A stretch of 64,000 bases of DNA from Williopsis jadinii. Taxonomy: Eukaryota. Below the pieces are notes generated by a model. That model worked only from the letters and a program-made list of their open reading frames with translations, was not told the DNA's origin and ran no database searches. A program made the position numbers and the translations under genes. The DNA lies in assembly GCA_024346625.1 (NCBI GenBank), contig AP024664.1:1612001-1676000 (forward strand). The letters are read 5' to 3'. This document shows positions 55,018 through 64,000 of this stretch, piece after piece (positions within the stretch are counted from its first letter, which is position 1; each line of letters opens with the position of its first letter).

Positions 55018-56039
55018 CTAAGCTGGAGCATTGGTGAACAGATATGAAATACTCTCACCGTTATGCAAACGACGAATGGCCTCTGCTAAAGTTGGACTAA
55101 CGTCAATTTGATCCAGTCTGTCATTCTCAATGGTGACGGGCACAGTGTTGGAGCATACAATCTTGCTCAATCTTGAATTAGCTAATCTTTCAGGCGCAGC
55201 TCCACTAAAGATACCATGAGTAACTATGGATATAACCTCTTTAGCACCATTGTCCAACAGCGTATCAGCAGCCTTAACAAGGGTACCGCAAGTATCAGCC
55301 ATATCGTCAATCAAAATACAAGTCTTATCTTGTACATCACCAACAAGCACCATCTTCGAAACCTCGTTGGCCTTTTGTCTCTCCTTGTGTATAAGGGCAA
55401 AGTTCAAGTCAAGTTTATCAGCGATGGACGCAACACGTTTGGCACCACCTGCATCTGGGGAAACCAAGATAGCATTCTCAGTGCCGATGTTCTCCTTTAT
55501 GTATCTCAAAACTGAAGGTTCAGCGTACAAGTTATCCACTGGAATTCTGAAGAAACCCTGGATCTGAGAAGCGTGTAAATCCATCGTGATGACATGATGG
55601 CAACCAGCTGTCTGTAACAAGTTTGCAATCAGCTTAGCAGTGATCGGAGCACGAGATTTGTCCTTCTTGTCTTGTCTAGCGTATGGAAAGTTTGGTATCA
55701 CGGCAGTGATACGACGAGCAGATGCTGTCTTACAGGCATGAATCATAATCAGCAACTCCATTAGGAAATCGTTAATCTCGTTCTCACCGCATCCTGTTTG
55801 GATAATGTACACATCCTCATCTCTGACCGACTCTGCAATCGTGACTGATGTCTCCTGGTTCGAATATTGATACACACCAATCTTACTCAACTTGATACCC
55901 AACCTTCACAAAATGCGTTAGTACGGAGAGACACAACCACACACTCGGCGCAGCTCACTTACCTCTGCGAGATCTTCTCTGCAAGCTCGGGATGAGAGTT
56001 ACCGGCAAGCAGCTTAATGGAGTTCACAGCAGTCGCCAT
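55018..56039 (-). CDS. PRS2: PRPP synthetase, Prs2/Prs4 class. Exons 55963-56039 and 55018-55903
   Basis: [31 protein letters not shown]...[20 protein letters not shown]...[11 protein letters not shown]...[11 protein letters not shown]. Intron 55904-55962 reads GTAAGT...TACTAAC...AAG. Near UBC6 as YER099C/YER100W. PAC/RRPE-like motifs at 56121-56160. Confidence 0.9.
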
Positions 56040-58353
56040 CTCGATGAATATCTATAAGGAGAAGAGAGAGAGAGATAAGAAATCTACCTTTAAAAGTGTA
56101 GTTAATCCCCGTGGAAACGTGATGAGCTTTTTGTCCTTTTTTTTGGCTAAAATTTTTTGCGCGGACTTTTGAACATTTGCGAAAGAAAAGGACATTTGCG
56201 CTACGACATTGCGCCATTTGTCGCTTTTTACGAAAATGGCATTAGCATAACGCATTTTGGCGAAAGTCGGACTCTTTTAGGAAAGTACGTAAAATTCTGG
56301 GGAAATGGTTTCCATGAAATCGATCATGATAGGTGTTCCAACGAAGCACACGGACTATCTGGCTGTGAAGTACATTCCAGAGGTGTGGAAAGTCACCTCT
56401 TCTCCCCATTGGTGTGATGAACATCTAATTGTATCAGTTATTTACTGTAATGATGGGGGCGAATTGTTATATATGGGGAAAGGTATCTTCTCGCATTATA
56501 CGGTTCACAGGAATAACTGGGGAGTTGACAATGCTGCTGGAAGACTTAATTGGACAAGTTTAGCAAGGTGAATCTTGGACAATCTTCGAGCAAACAGAAA
56601 TCACGCGGGGTCTTCAGTGCCACTGGGGCCGTTCAATAGAGCGAGCACTGATATGTCAACTCCCCTCTTTGCTAGGATGCTCATTAGTGAACAAGCTAGT
56701 GATCATCCCTATCTGTTTCAGTGCAGCATTAACATCTCAAGCATTAATCACATGATTATGCTTCATGTTTGAGGATGAATGATGATTTACGTCATTCGTT
56801 CAATTATATGCTCTCTTTTGTTAAAGTCTGGATGTTATTGGAGTTCGTCTGTCGAATAGAAGTCCTGAGTGAATCACGACAATGCACATCTTCAATTGTA
56901 GAGAGTTGAACCAACTGCAGCACTCTTATTTGCCTTAACAGAGTGCTCGAATTGACCCATACAAAGCTCAGAGTGTGTGTCTAAGCATTTGTGTGAGAGC
57001 TCAAACTGGCGATCTCCGGTTTCTCAGCGCAGAACGTCTCATAATGTGACCTATAAAAAGTCATTGTGCAACACAATGCTTCTCTTCCTCAACCATAGTG
57101 ACAGCTTTGACTCTCCCCTTCGTGGACCCCACAAATATTGGGGATAGATGGGAAATTGTGAGTACAGGTTGCTTCTTGAAGAGCACTTGCCAATGCTTGC
57201 TGTGTTCTTCACCTCTACATCAATTGTACCAACTACTCAATTATCCGAGTAACTTCAACACCCTCTACAAAGTGAGATACCATTGAAATTGTTAACAAAA
57301 GCCTTTGTGAAACCATGGACCTTGTTGCGCCCTGAAGTCACAGAGCAGTTCAAGGACGAACCTTTCTCCCTAGTCGTAACCCACGAACCAACCCTGCCAA
57401 GTTCGGGGCAGAGACAACTGTCATAAACCAACAAGTTATACAGCAACGTTCTTTTTCAGCCAACATGCAGCACTGTCAAAACCATCATAAATGAAGCTAG
57501 CAGCCAAACTGTCTTGGAGTAATAAAACTGGCTGTATGGACATGCCCACCGAACCCGGGGCTGGTCGATAATCAATGAGACCTCTTGGCTCAATGTTCAA
57601 TTACACCACCAGCAAAGAATGCCAGACATCTCAAGCTCTTGGTTATGTCGATCCTCGTCAGATCAAAGTGTTTACGTCCCGTCTGATAATAGCTAGTGTC
57701 CCATAATAATTACGCAAGGCACATCTGTATATTGACTTGAGTTCGAAGACAAAGGCAGTGTGTTCCAAAAATGGCGCACGCCGTGTTAAAAAAACGAAAA
57801 TCGCACTCTGAGACACGAGCTGCACAGCAAAGTGATTTTAATTGGACGATAATGAGTGAAGCCATACAACAAAAAGGACGTGTATATTCTCCGTATACAG
57901 GCAATTTGATAACATGAAGGCGTGTGCAAAACTCGACGTGGTCAATTGACCTCGTTTGGATCTGCCTGGCTAATGGAAGGGTCCCTCGCTTATGAGATTC
58001 GTCCCAGGTTTCAACGTTTCAGTCGCATCAGGTTCGCATGGTTCCTGGTCCCTGGATCAAGTATTTAGCCCAAATACAGTAATAACAAACCATTCCATGG
58101 CTCCGTAGTGTTGCGGGTTTGAACGTGTTGATGTGAAGATCACTTTCCAGGTCTCAATTGAACGCCTGATGGACAAAATGGCTCTTGCAAGTTGCTGTTA
58201 TGTGATGTTACGAGTTGACGCATGTAATTTATGCGCTGCCAGCCATTAGGGCTGTGTCCAATACATCCACCATGTACTCTGTCACCACGGTGATAGTAGT
58301 ACGCTCGCTTCGCGTTGGCAGCACTACACATGCCAAAAGAAGATATGTCCGTA

Positions 58354-59130
58354 CTAAAAATAGGGATAGGTACACCCAACGTGCAATTGAAGGACAAATC
58401 ACACACGGTCGGTAACTATGGGAGGAGTCTTTCGGGAAGAATATACATTCACACTGGAAGTGCCTCTGTGAGTAATGAACGCGCGCACACGCGCATATTC
58501 CCACTCAATTGAGAATCAACTGAGGAGCTGAGCTCTGCCTTTGATAAGGGGCAATAACACTGTACAACAGGAGCCGGAAGGAATACTCGGCTTGAAAGTT
58601 TTCATGAGCCAATAAGCCGGTAAGGACCTTCCATCTCCGGCAATGTGTCGACGATCCCATGATCCGTACAACCCCTAAAGTTCTCCAGTTCAATTACACC
58701 CAACACGGCCCACATGCCGGAGAGCATTCGCACTTCTAGTGGGTCCATGACTCGTCAACTTCGCCGTGACGCCATGGAACCATTTCTAAGACAGCAATTA
58801 ATTTGATCCACCAGCCCATTGGAGTAATGGAACTCGATCTAAGGTACACCGACGATCTGATTGGTTGGCAATTGGCCGTCGAGAGAGATTTTACTCCTGC
58901 AGCCAGCCACGCTATTGTTTCTCTGTTTACTTCTTTCCTAAACAGGCAATGAAAATTTTGATCCAAATCACTTTCCTTTCCGTTTTCGGTGCGAATTGCG
59001 TGCATATGCGAGACGCATAGTGGCATCCTCGACCGTTCTCCCGTGTGATGATGTTCTATTTTTGGCCATGTTGAATGAGTTGGATGAGATTTTGTTGTCT
59101 TGATTCAACCCATTTCACCATTATATAAAG
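58354..59130 (+). promoter_or_regulatory. PIR promoter: Rlm1 site, Mcm1/ECB-like site and TATA box
   Basis: CTAAAAATAG at 58354-58363 (CTAWWWWTAG), TTTCCTAAACAGGCAA at 58934-58949, TATATAAAG at about 59122. Confidence 0.55.
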
Positions 59131-59266
59131 GGGTGGTGAGTGCCGGTGTTTGTTGGAAGTTGGTTGGTTAGTGTCATCATCAAATCATCAATCAACAGTT
59201 GAACTATTCATTCACTCATCTGATTGCGTTTACCAAACCAGCACTAGACTAAACTATTCACACAAA

Positions 59267-60343
59267 ATGCAATACAAGAAGAGCCTTATCACATCCACTT
59301 TCCTTGCTTCTGCTCTTGCCAGCTACATCCCATCTGAGCCATGGACCACCTTGACCCCAGATGAGGATTACCCATCTGGTGCTATCACCGACCACCTCAG
59401 AACTTTTGGTATTGCCGTTCAGCCTATCACCTCTGCCTCTGCCACTGCCACTGCCAGTGTTGATAAGAGAGATGTTGTTTCCCAAATCGGTGACGGTCAG
59501 ATTCAAGCCACTACTGCTACTGAAGCTCAAGTAGTTTCTCAAATTGGTGATGGTCAAATTCAAGCTACTACTGCTACTGCTGCTCAAGTTGTCTCTCAAA
59601 TTGGTGATGGTCAAATTCAAGCTACTACTGCTACTGCTGCTCAAGTTGTCTCCCAAATCGGCGATGGTCAAATTCAAGCTACTACTGCTACTGAAGCTCA
59701 AGTAGTTTCTCAAATTGGCGACGGTCAAATTCAAGCTACTACTGCTACTGAAGCTCAAGTAGTTTCTCAAATTGGCGACGGTCAAATTCAAGCTACTACT
59801 GCTACTGAAGCTCAAGTAGTTTCTCAAATTGGCGACGGTCAAATCCAAGCTACAACTCTCACAACTGCTCAAGCCATCTCTCAAATCGGTGACGGTCAAA
59901 TTCAAGCCACCACCTCTACCGTTGCTGCTGCATCTCAAATCACCGATGGTCAAGTTCAAGCCACCAGCGAAGTCTCTGATGATGATGCTGAGAACGGACA
60001 AGACACTGAAGGTGCCGAGGAAGATGACTACGCTTTCTCCTACTCCTGTCTCACCGACTCCTCATTGGCTATGACCCTTAACGGTTCTGTTTTGACTGAT
60101 TCCCGTGGCCGTATTGGTTCCATCGTTGCTAACAGACAATTCCAATTCGACGGTCCACCACCACAGGCCGGTGCCATCTACGCTGCTGGTTGGTCCATCA
60201 CCACCGACGGTTACTTGGCTCTCGGTGACAGCGACGTCTTCTACCAATGTTTGTCTGGTAGCTTCTACAACTTGTACGATGAGTCCATCGGAGACCAATG
60301 TACTGCTATCCACTTGGAAATTGTTGACTTGATTACTTGTTAA
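59267..60343 (+). CDS. PIR-family cell-wall mannoprotein (Pir1/Hsp150/Cis3 family)
   Basis: Signal peptide MQYKKSLI..., [10 protein letters not shown], Kex2 site KR, nine QI(G/T)DGQ(I/V)QA repeats, C-terminal [29 protein letters not shown] domain with four cysteines. Confidence 0.97.
   Translation: MQYKKSLITSTFLASALASYIPSEPWTTLTPDEDYPSGAITDHLRTFGIAVQPITSASATATASVDKRDVVSQIGDGQIQATTATEAQVVSQIGDGQIQATTATAAQVVSQIGDGQIQATTATAAQVVSQIGDGQIQATTATEAQVVSQIGDGQIQATTATEAQVVSQIGDGQIQATTATEAQVVSQIGDGQIQATTLTTAQAISQIGDGQIQATTSTVAAASQITDGQVQATSEVSDDDAENGQDTEGAEEDDYAFSYSCLTDSSLAMTLNGSVLTDSRGRIGSIVANRQFQFDGPPPQAGAIYAAGWSITTDGYLALGDSDVFYQCLSGSFYNLYDESIGDQCTAIHLEIVDLITC
59474..59964 (+). repeat. 57-bp coding tandem repeat (PIR repeats x9)
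   Basis: [16 protein letters not shown](E/A)AQ units; several copies are near-identical at the DNA level. Confidence 0.97.
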
Positions 60344-61012
60344 ACACCATCAACTCCATATAGCATTACATTTATTCTCTAATTCATACACATTGTTGTC
60401 ACCATCAACTGAGCATGGTGCAATTGGGACGTTTCAAACTACTTTGGGCATTACGATCATTACTTCACTTATCACTTTTCATCAATTCTTTCACGACTGG
60501 GCTTTTTCTTTCAACTTGTTCATCTTATCCGGGCTGTTCCACTTGATGTTGATCTACCGGCCTTGTTGCCTCATGTCGACCATCCACAGGCTATCATCGT
60601 CGCTCCATCAACACACTGAATCAGCACGATTTGAACACTTTTTTCTCATTTCTCGCATTTGATTTCCTTATATAGTTTTTTATTATAATCTTACGGTATT
60701 TCTACTACTTTTACCACCACTTCTTGTAGTAAAATGGTTTATTAGCACCTTGTTGAAGCTGCTGCTGCCACTGCTGCCACTGCTGCCACTGCGCTGGGCG
60801 GAAGAAAACCCTGCCGGGGCTCATTTCTAGGCGGGCACTCATTCCTAGGCGGGGTCGCCTGTGCCGGATTTGTTTTGGTGTTCCCTTCGTGGGCAGACGA
60901 CCCTCCAGCCAAAACAAACATCAAACTGCTGTTAAACAGCTGAGAGCCGCTAAACAGCTGAGAGCCGCAATCTTCAGCCTGATCTGGTCAGATAGCAGTG
61001 CTGAGTAGAGCG

Positions 61013-61972
61013 ATGGCTACGATCACAGCTCAGAAGAGGCTGACAAAGGAGTACAAGGCGCTTTCTGATGAGCCTACTCCTTATATCTACGCCCGCCCCG
61101 ATGAACAGAACATCCTGGAATGGCACTACATCATAACAGGGCCACCAGGAACCCCGTACGAGGGCGGCCAGTACCATGGGATGCTGCTATTCCCTCCGAC
61201 GTATCCATTCAAACCCCCTGGTATCACGATGATCACACCAAACGGGAGATTCCAGACGAACAAGCGATTATGTCTCACGATCAGCGACTATCATCCTGAA
61301 TCGTGGAACCCGGCGTGGTCTGTTGGCACGATCCTGGTTGGCTTGTTGAGCTTTATGACCGGGAATGAGGGCACAACTGGCACCATCAAGAATACAGAGA
61401 AGCAGAAGATTGCCCTTGCCAGCCAGAGTAAAACGTGGAATGCAACGAAGAATACCAAATTCATGAAGATCTTAGCCGACTTTGCATACAAAGACTCCGT
61501 GGAGGAGAAATCGGTGAAGGAGCTGGAAGAAGCTCGTCAGGAGAGACGGAATGAGCTCAAGAGGAAACTGGAATGCCTCAGTGCGGGAGACAGCGGCTGT
61601 AAGGCTCTTGATACAAACAACGCTGTCTCTATGACCAGCGTAGACAAGCTGAGCGCTGGGGAATTGGTGGAAGTCATAGACATCAGCGATGAGGCAAGTC
61701 CGCTGAGGAAAATGAAGTGTACAGAAAATACGACGATCATCGACACAGTCGACTTGGACGCTGAAGACGATGTCGTAGAGAGCCCGAAACACGGAGGCCA
61801 CTCTGAGTTTGAAGACGATTTCTATGACGATTTCGAGGTGAGTGACGCTGAAAGCTTCATCAACGATGTTGATGCCGATAACGAACATGATAGTGCTGCC
61901 GAAGTCGTCAATGATTCAATAAAAGAACCCCAGGGGAGCACTGGATGTGATTCTGTCATCGTATTGGACTGA
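61013..61972 (+). CDS. Ubc6-class E2 paralogue without tail anchor; acidic tail with SIM-like motifs
   Basis: AQKRLTKEY, NILEWHYIITGPPGTPYEGGQYHG, TPNGRF..RLCLTISDYHPESWNPAWSV. No hydrophobic C-terminal segment; protein ends ...SVIVLD*. Confidence 0.93.
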   Translation: MATITAQKRLTKEYKALSDEPTPYIYARPDEQNILEWHYIITGPPGTPYEGGQYHGMLLFPPTYPFKPPGITMITPNGRFQTNKRLCLTISDYHPESWNPAWSVGTILVGLLSFMTGNEGTTGTIKNTEKQKIALASQSKTWNATKNTKFMKILADFAYKDSVEEKSVKELEEARQERRNELKRKLECLSAGDSGCKALDTNNAVSMTSVDKLSAGELVEVIDISDEASPLRKMKCTENTTIIDTVDLDAEDDVVESPKHGGHSEFEDDFYDDFEVSDAESFINDVDADNEHDSAAEVVNDSIKEPQGSTGCDSVIVLD

Positions 61973-62741
61973 CTACACTTATGCACACGATCTAAGGCAC
62001 CTCAACAGCTAACACGATATTTACGAACTTCAACATTGATACGACTTGTATGGCACAACCCGGGGATCGCCATGTAGCCAACAAACCCTTGGACTACTGG
62101 ATAGTCCCCGTGATGCTATGTATGATTCACGGATAACCCGATACTGCCTGACCTCTTCAGCTCATATCTCTACGTTAGCCTCACTTGGTCGCAGGACACA
62201 CCAAAACAGCAACACTGGTCCCACCAACAAGCTGAATAAGCTGATTATCTTTGACTATACACGTAAAACGATACTTCTCACCAGTTGGCTGTGGTTGAAG
62301 CAGGTTAAGCAACGTGCATCATATTACACTCGAAGCACGCCGACAACCAGCCTTTCCACACGCTGTTTCCAAGAACACTGGATGGCTCGAGCTACCAGGT
62401 AAAACACTCAATCGTGCACTATCACAGTGAGCACCCACCACTCCTTCTCCAACATGCATTTTCCCCCAGCTGAAAGCTCGCGTTGTATCTCTCGATACAC
62501 GCACTGCGTATGTGTTTTGATGCGTTAGAGCGATCCTTCCACCCGTTTTCGGAACGTTCTGAAAATGGAAGTCTTATCGCTTACGTAATCAATCCTTTTC
62601 CCTGTCCCTCGCCCGTCTGAGCCCAACACTTTTAACAAAGCGTAGTACTTCCCACCGTTGTAGAGAGGAGATTTGGTAGCAGCAGGCTGTTTATCATCGC
62701 TAGAGCGAGACTAGAACCGATCCCACTGTCAGAGAGAGACC

Positions 62742-63530
62742 ATGGCGTCCAAAGGAGCAACCAAGAGGCTCACCAAGGAGTACAAATCCATGGTTGAGAA
62801 CCCGCCGCCTTACATAGAGGCCCATCCATCGGAGCGCAACATCCTTGAATGGCACTATTTGATCACGGGGCCTCCAGACACGCCATATTCAGGTGGCCAA
62901 TACCACGGCATGCTTATATTCCCAAAGGACTACCCGTTCAAGCCACCAGAGATCCGTATGATCACGCCTAACGGTCGATTCCAGGTCAACACAAGACTAT
63001 GCCTCAGTATGAGCGATTTCCATCCTGATACATGGCAGCCGGCATGGTCTGTTGCGACGATCCTCACAGGCTTGCTGAGCTTTATGACTGGTGATGAGCC
63101 AACCACCGGAAGCATCGTGACGAGCGCAGATGCAAAGAAGCGTTACGCACAGGTGAGTTTGAACTGGAATGCTACACAGAATGACCGCTTCAAGAAGGAG
63201 TTTCCTGAGATGGTGATCAAAAACTTGGCCAAAGTGAAGGAGCTGAACGATGCCAACGAGCAGAAGAAGAGGGCTGCCGAACTAGAAGCTGCTGCTAAGG
63301 CTTCAGCTGCCACATCCTCGCTGTCAGCCACAGGCTCTGATGGTCAGATGGGAGGTGATGCTGACACAGGACTTTCACAAGAAGAGCTAGCCAAAATGGA
63401 CCCTGAAGACCGTATACGTTACCTCGCTGCTCAAAAGCCCAAGAAGATCAACTCTGGTAGAAATCATGCGATGGTGTACTATGTTCTTGCCATAGCAATT
63501 GTTCTTGGGTTTTTTAGAGTGGTTAGCTGA
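62742..63530 (+). CDS. UBC6: Tail-anchored ERAD E2 Ubc6
   Basis: RLCLSMSDFHPDTWQPAWSVATILTGLLSFM, DPEDRIR motif, C-terminal TM MVYYVLAIAIVLGFF. Confidence 0.96.
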   Translation: MASKGATKRLTKEYKSMVENPPPYIEAHPSERNILEWHYLITGPPDTPYSGGQYHGMLIFPKDYPFKPPEIRMITPNGRFQVNTRLCLSMSDFHPDTWQPAWSVATILTGLLSFMTGDEPTTGSIVTSADAKKRYAQVSLNWNATQNDRFKKEFPEMVIKNLAKVKELNDANEQKKRAAELEAAAKASAATSSLSATGSDGQMGGDADTGLSQEELAKMDPEDRIRYLAAQKPKKINSGRNHAMVYYVLAIAIVLGFFRVVS

Positions 63531-63798
63531 TAGTTGATATTGTAACCAACTATATACATATTGGGGGTTTATTGAAAGGTTTTCTTCGCTCTTCTAGTCA
63601 TACGAGAGAAAAGAGAGAGGAGAATACGTTATTATGTGATTCTAATGATTAAATTTATATACACACATTTAAATTATGTTTCTTTGACTTTGTCTTGTAT
63701 ACAATCTTAGTTGTATCTGAATGCCGTACAAGATGGAAAGATTGAGCTATTACTCGATTGTCTATGCCGCAGTTTAGCTGAAGGTGGACTGTAACACT

Positions 63799-64000
63799 TT
63801 AGAACAGCTCCACTTTGAGAACAACCTTACCGTGGGCATGTCCACTTTCAACTTTACGCTTTGCAGCAGCATATTCCTTCCAATCATACGTCGAATCGAT
63901 AACGTTTGTGATCTCACCAGCCTCCAGCATTTCACGTCCAACTTCGATCCAATCACCTGGCTTCTTGTTGAATTCAAGCTTGAGGTACTTCATGTTCCAT
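63799..64000 (-). CDS. 3' end of an MDR/quinone-oxidoreductase-like protein (Ast1/Ast2/Yim1 family); 5' part lies outside the window
   Basis: DWIEVGREMLEAGEITNVIDSTYDWKEY...HAHGKVVLKVELF*. Convergent with UBC6 like YER101C. Confidence 0.78.
   Translation of the reverse strand, partial: WNMKYLKLEFNKKPGDWIEVGREMLEAGEITNVIDSTYDWKEYAAAKRKVESGHAHGKVVLKVELF

Noticed and set aside
56778..56870. ATGATGA...CTGA box C/D-like pair
   Set aside because: No recognisable rRNA guide or terminal stem; such short motifs occur by chance.
59258..60001. 247-aa antisense repeat ORF
   Set aside because: Mirror of the PIR repeats and their codon bias.

Overview
Gene-dense window of a budding-yeast (Saccharomycotina) nuclear chromosome. 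The standard code reads cleanly and introns are short with degenerate splice signals. A non-Saccharomycetaceae yeast such as Cyberlindnera/Wickerhamomyces is my inference and is not verified. About 27 protein-coding genes, in order: SKI8 (partial), VAM7, CSR1, CTF3, NAM2, GCG1, ILT1-like PQ-loop, an unassigned mitochondrial-looking protein, RAD4, SPT2, SSS1, DCN1, APC2, CSF1 (broken into three ORFs by two frameshifts), SLU7, VTC5, ARP6, SMC4, RRP1, TAF12, DIP2, ZRT2, an aldo-keto reductase, PRS2/4, a PIR wall protein, two tandem UBC6-type E2 genes, and the 3' end of an AST/YIM1-type MDR gene. Eight introns missed by the ORF track were reconstructed. No tRNA, rRNA, transposon or CRISPR could be supported. 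The best candidate for new biology is the first UBC6 paralogue (61013-61972): it keeps the catalytic core, lacks the ER tail anchor, and has a basic patch plus three SUMO-interacting-motif-like elements in an acidic tail. Also notable are the split CSF1, a recurrent TAGGCGG promoter element, and 8-bp-periodic Rap1/telomere-like promoter arrays.
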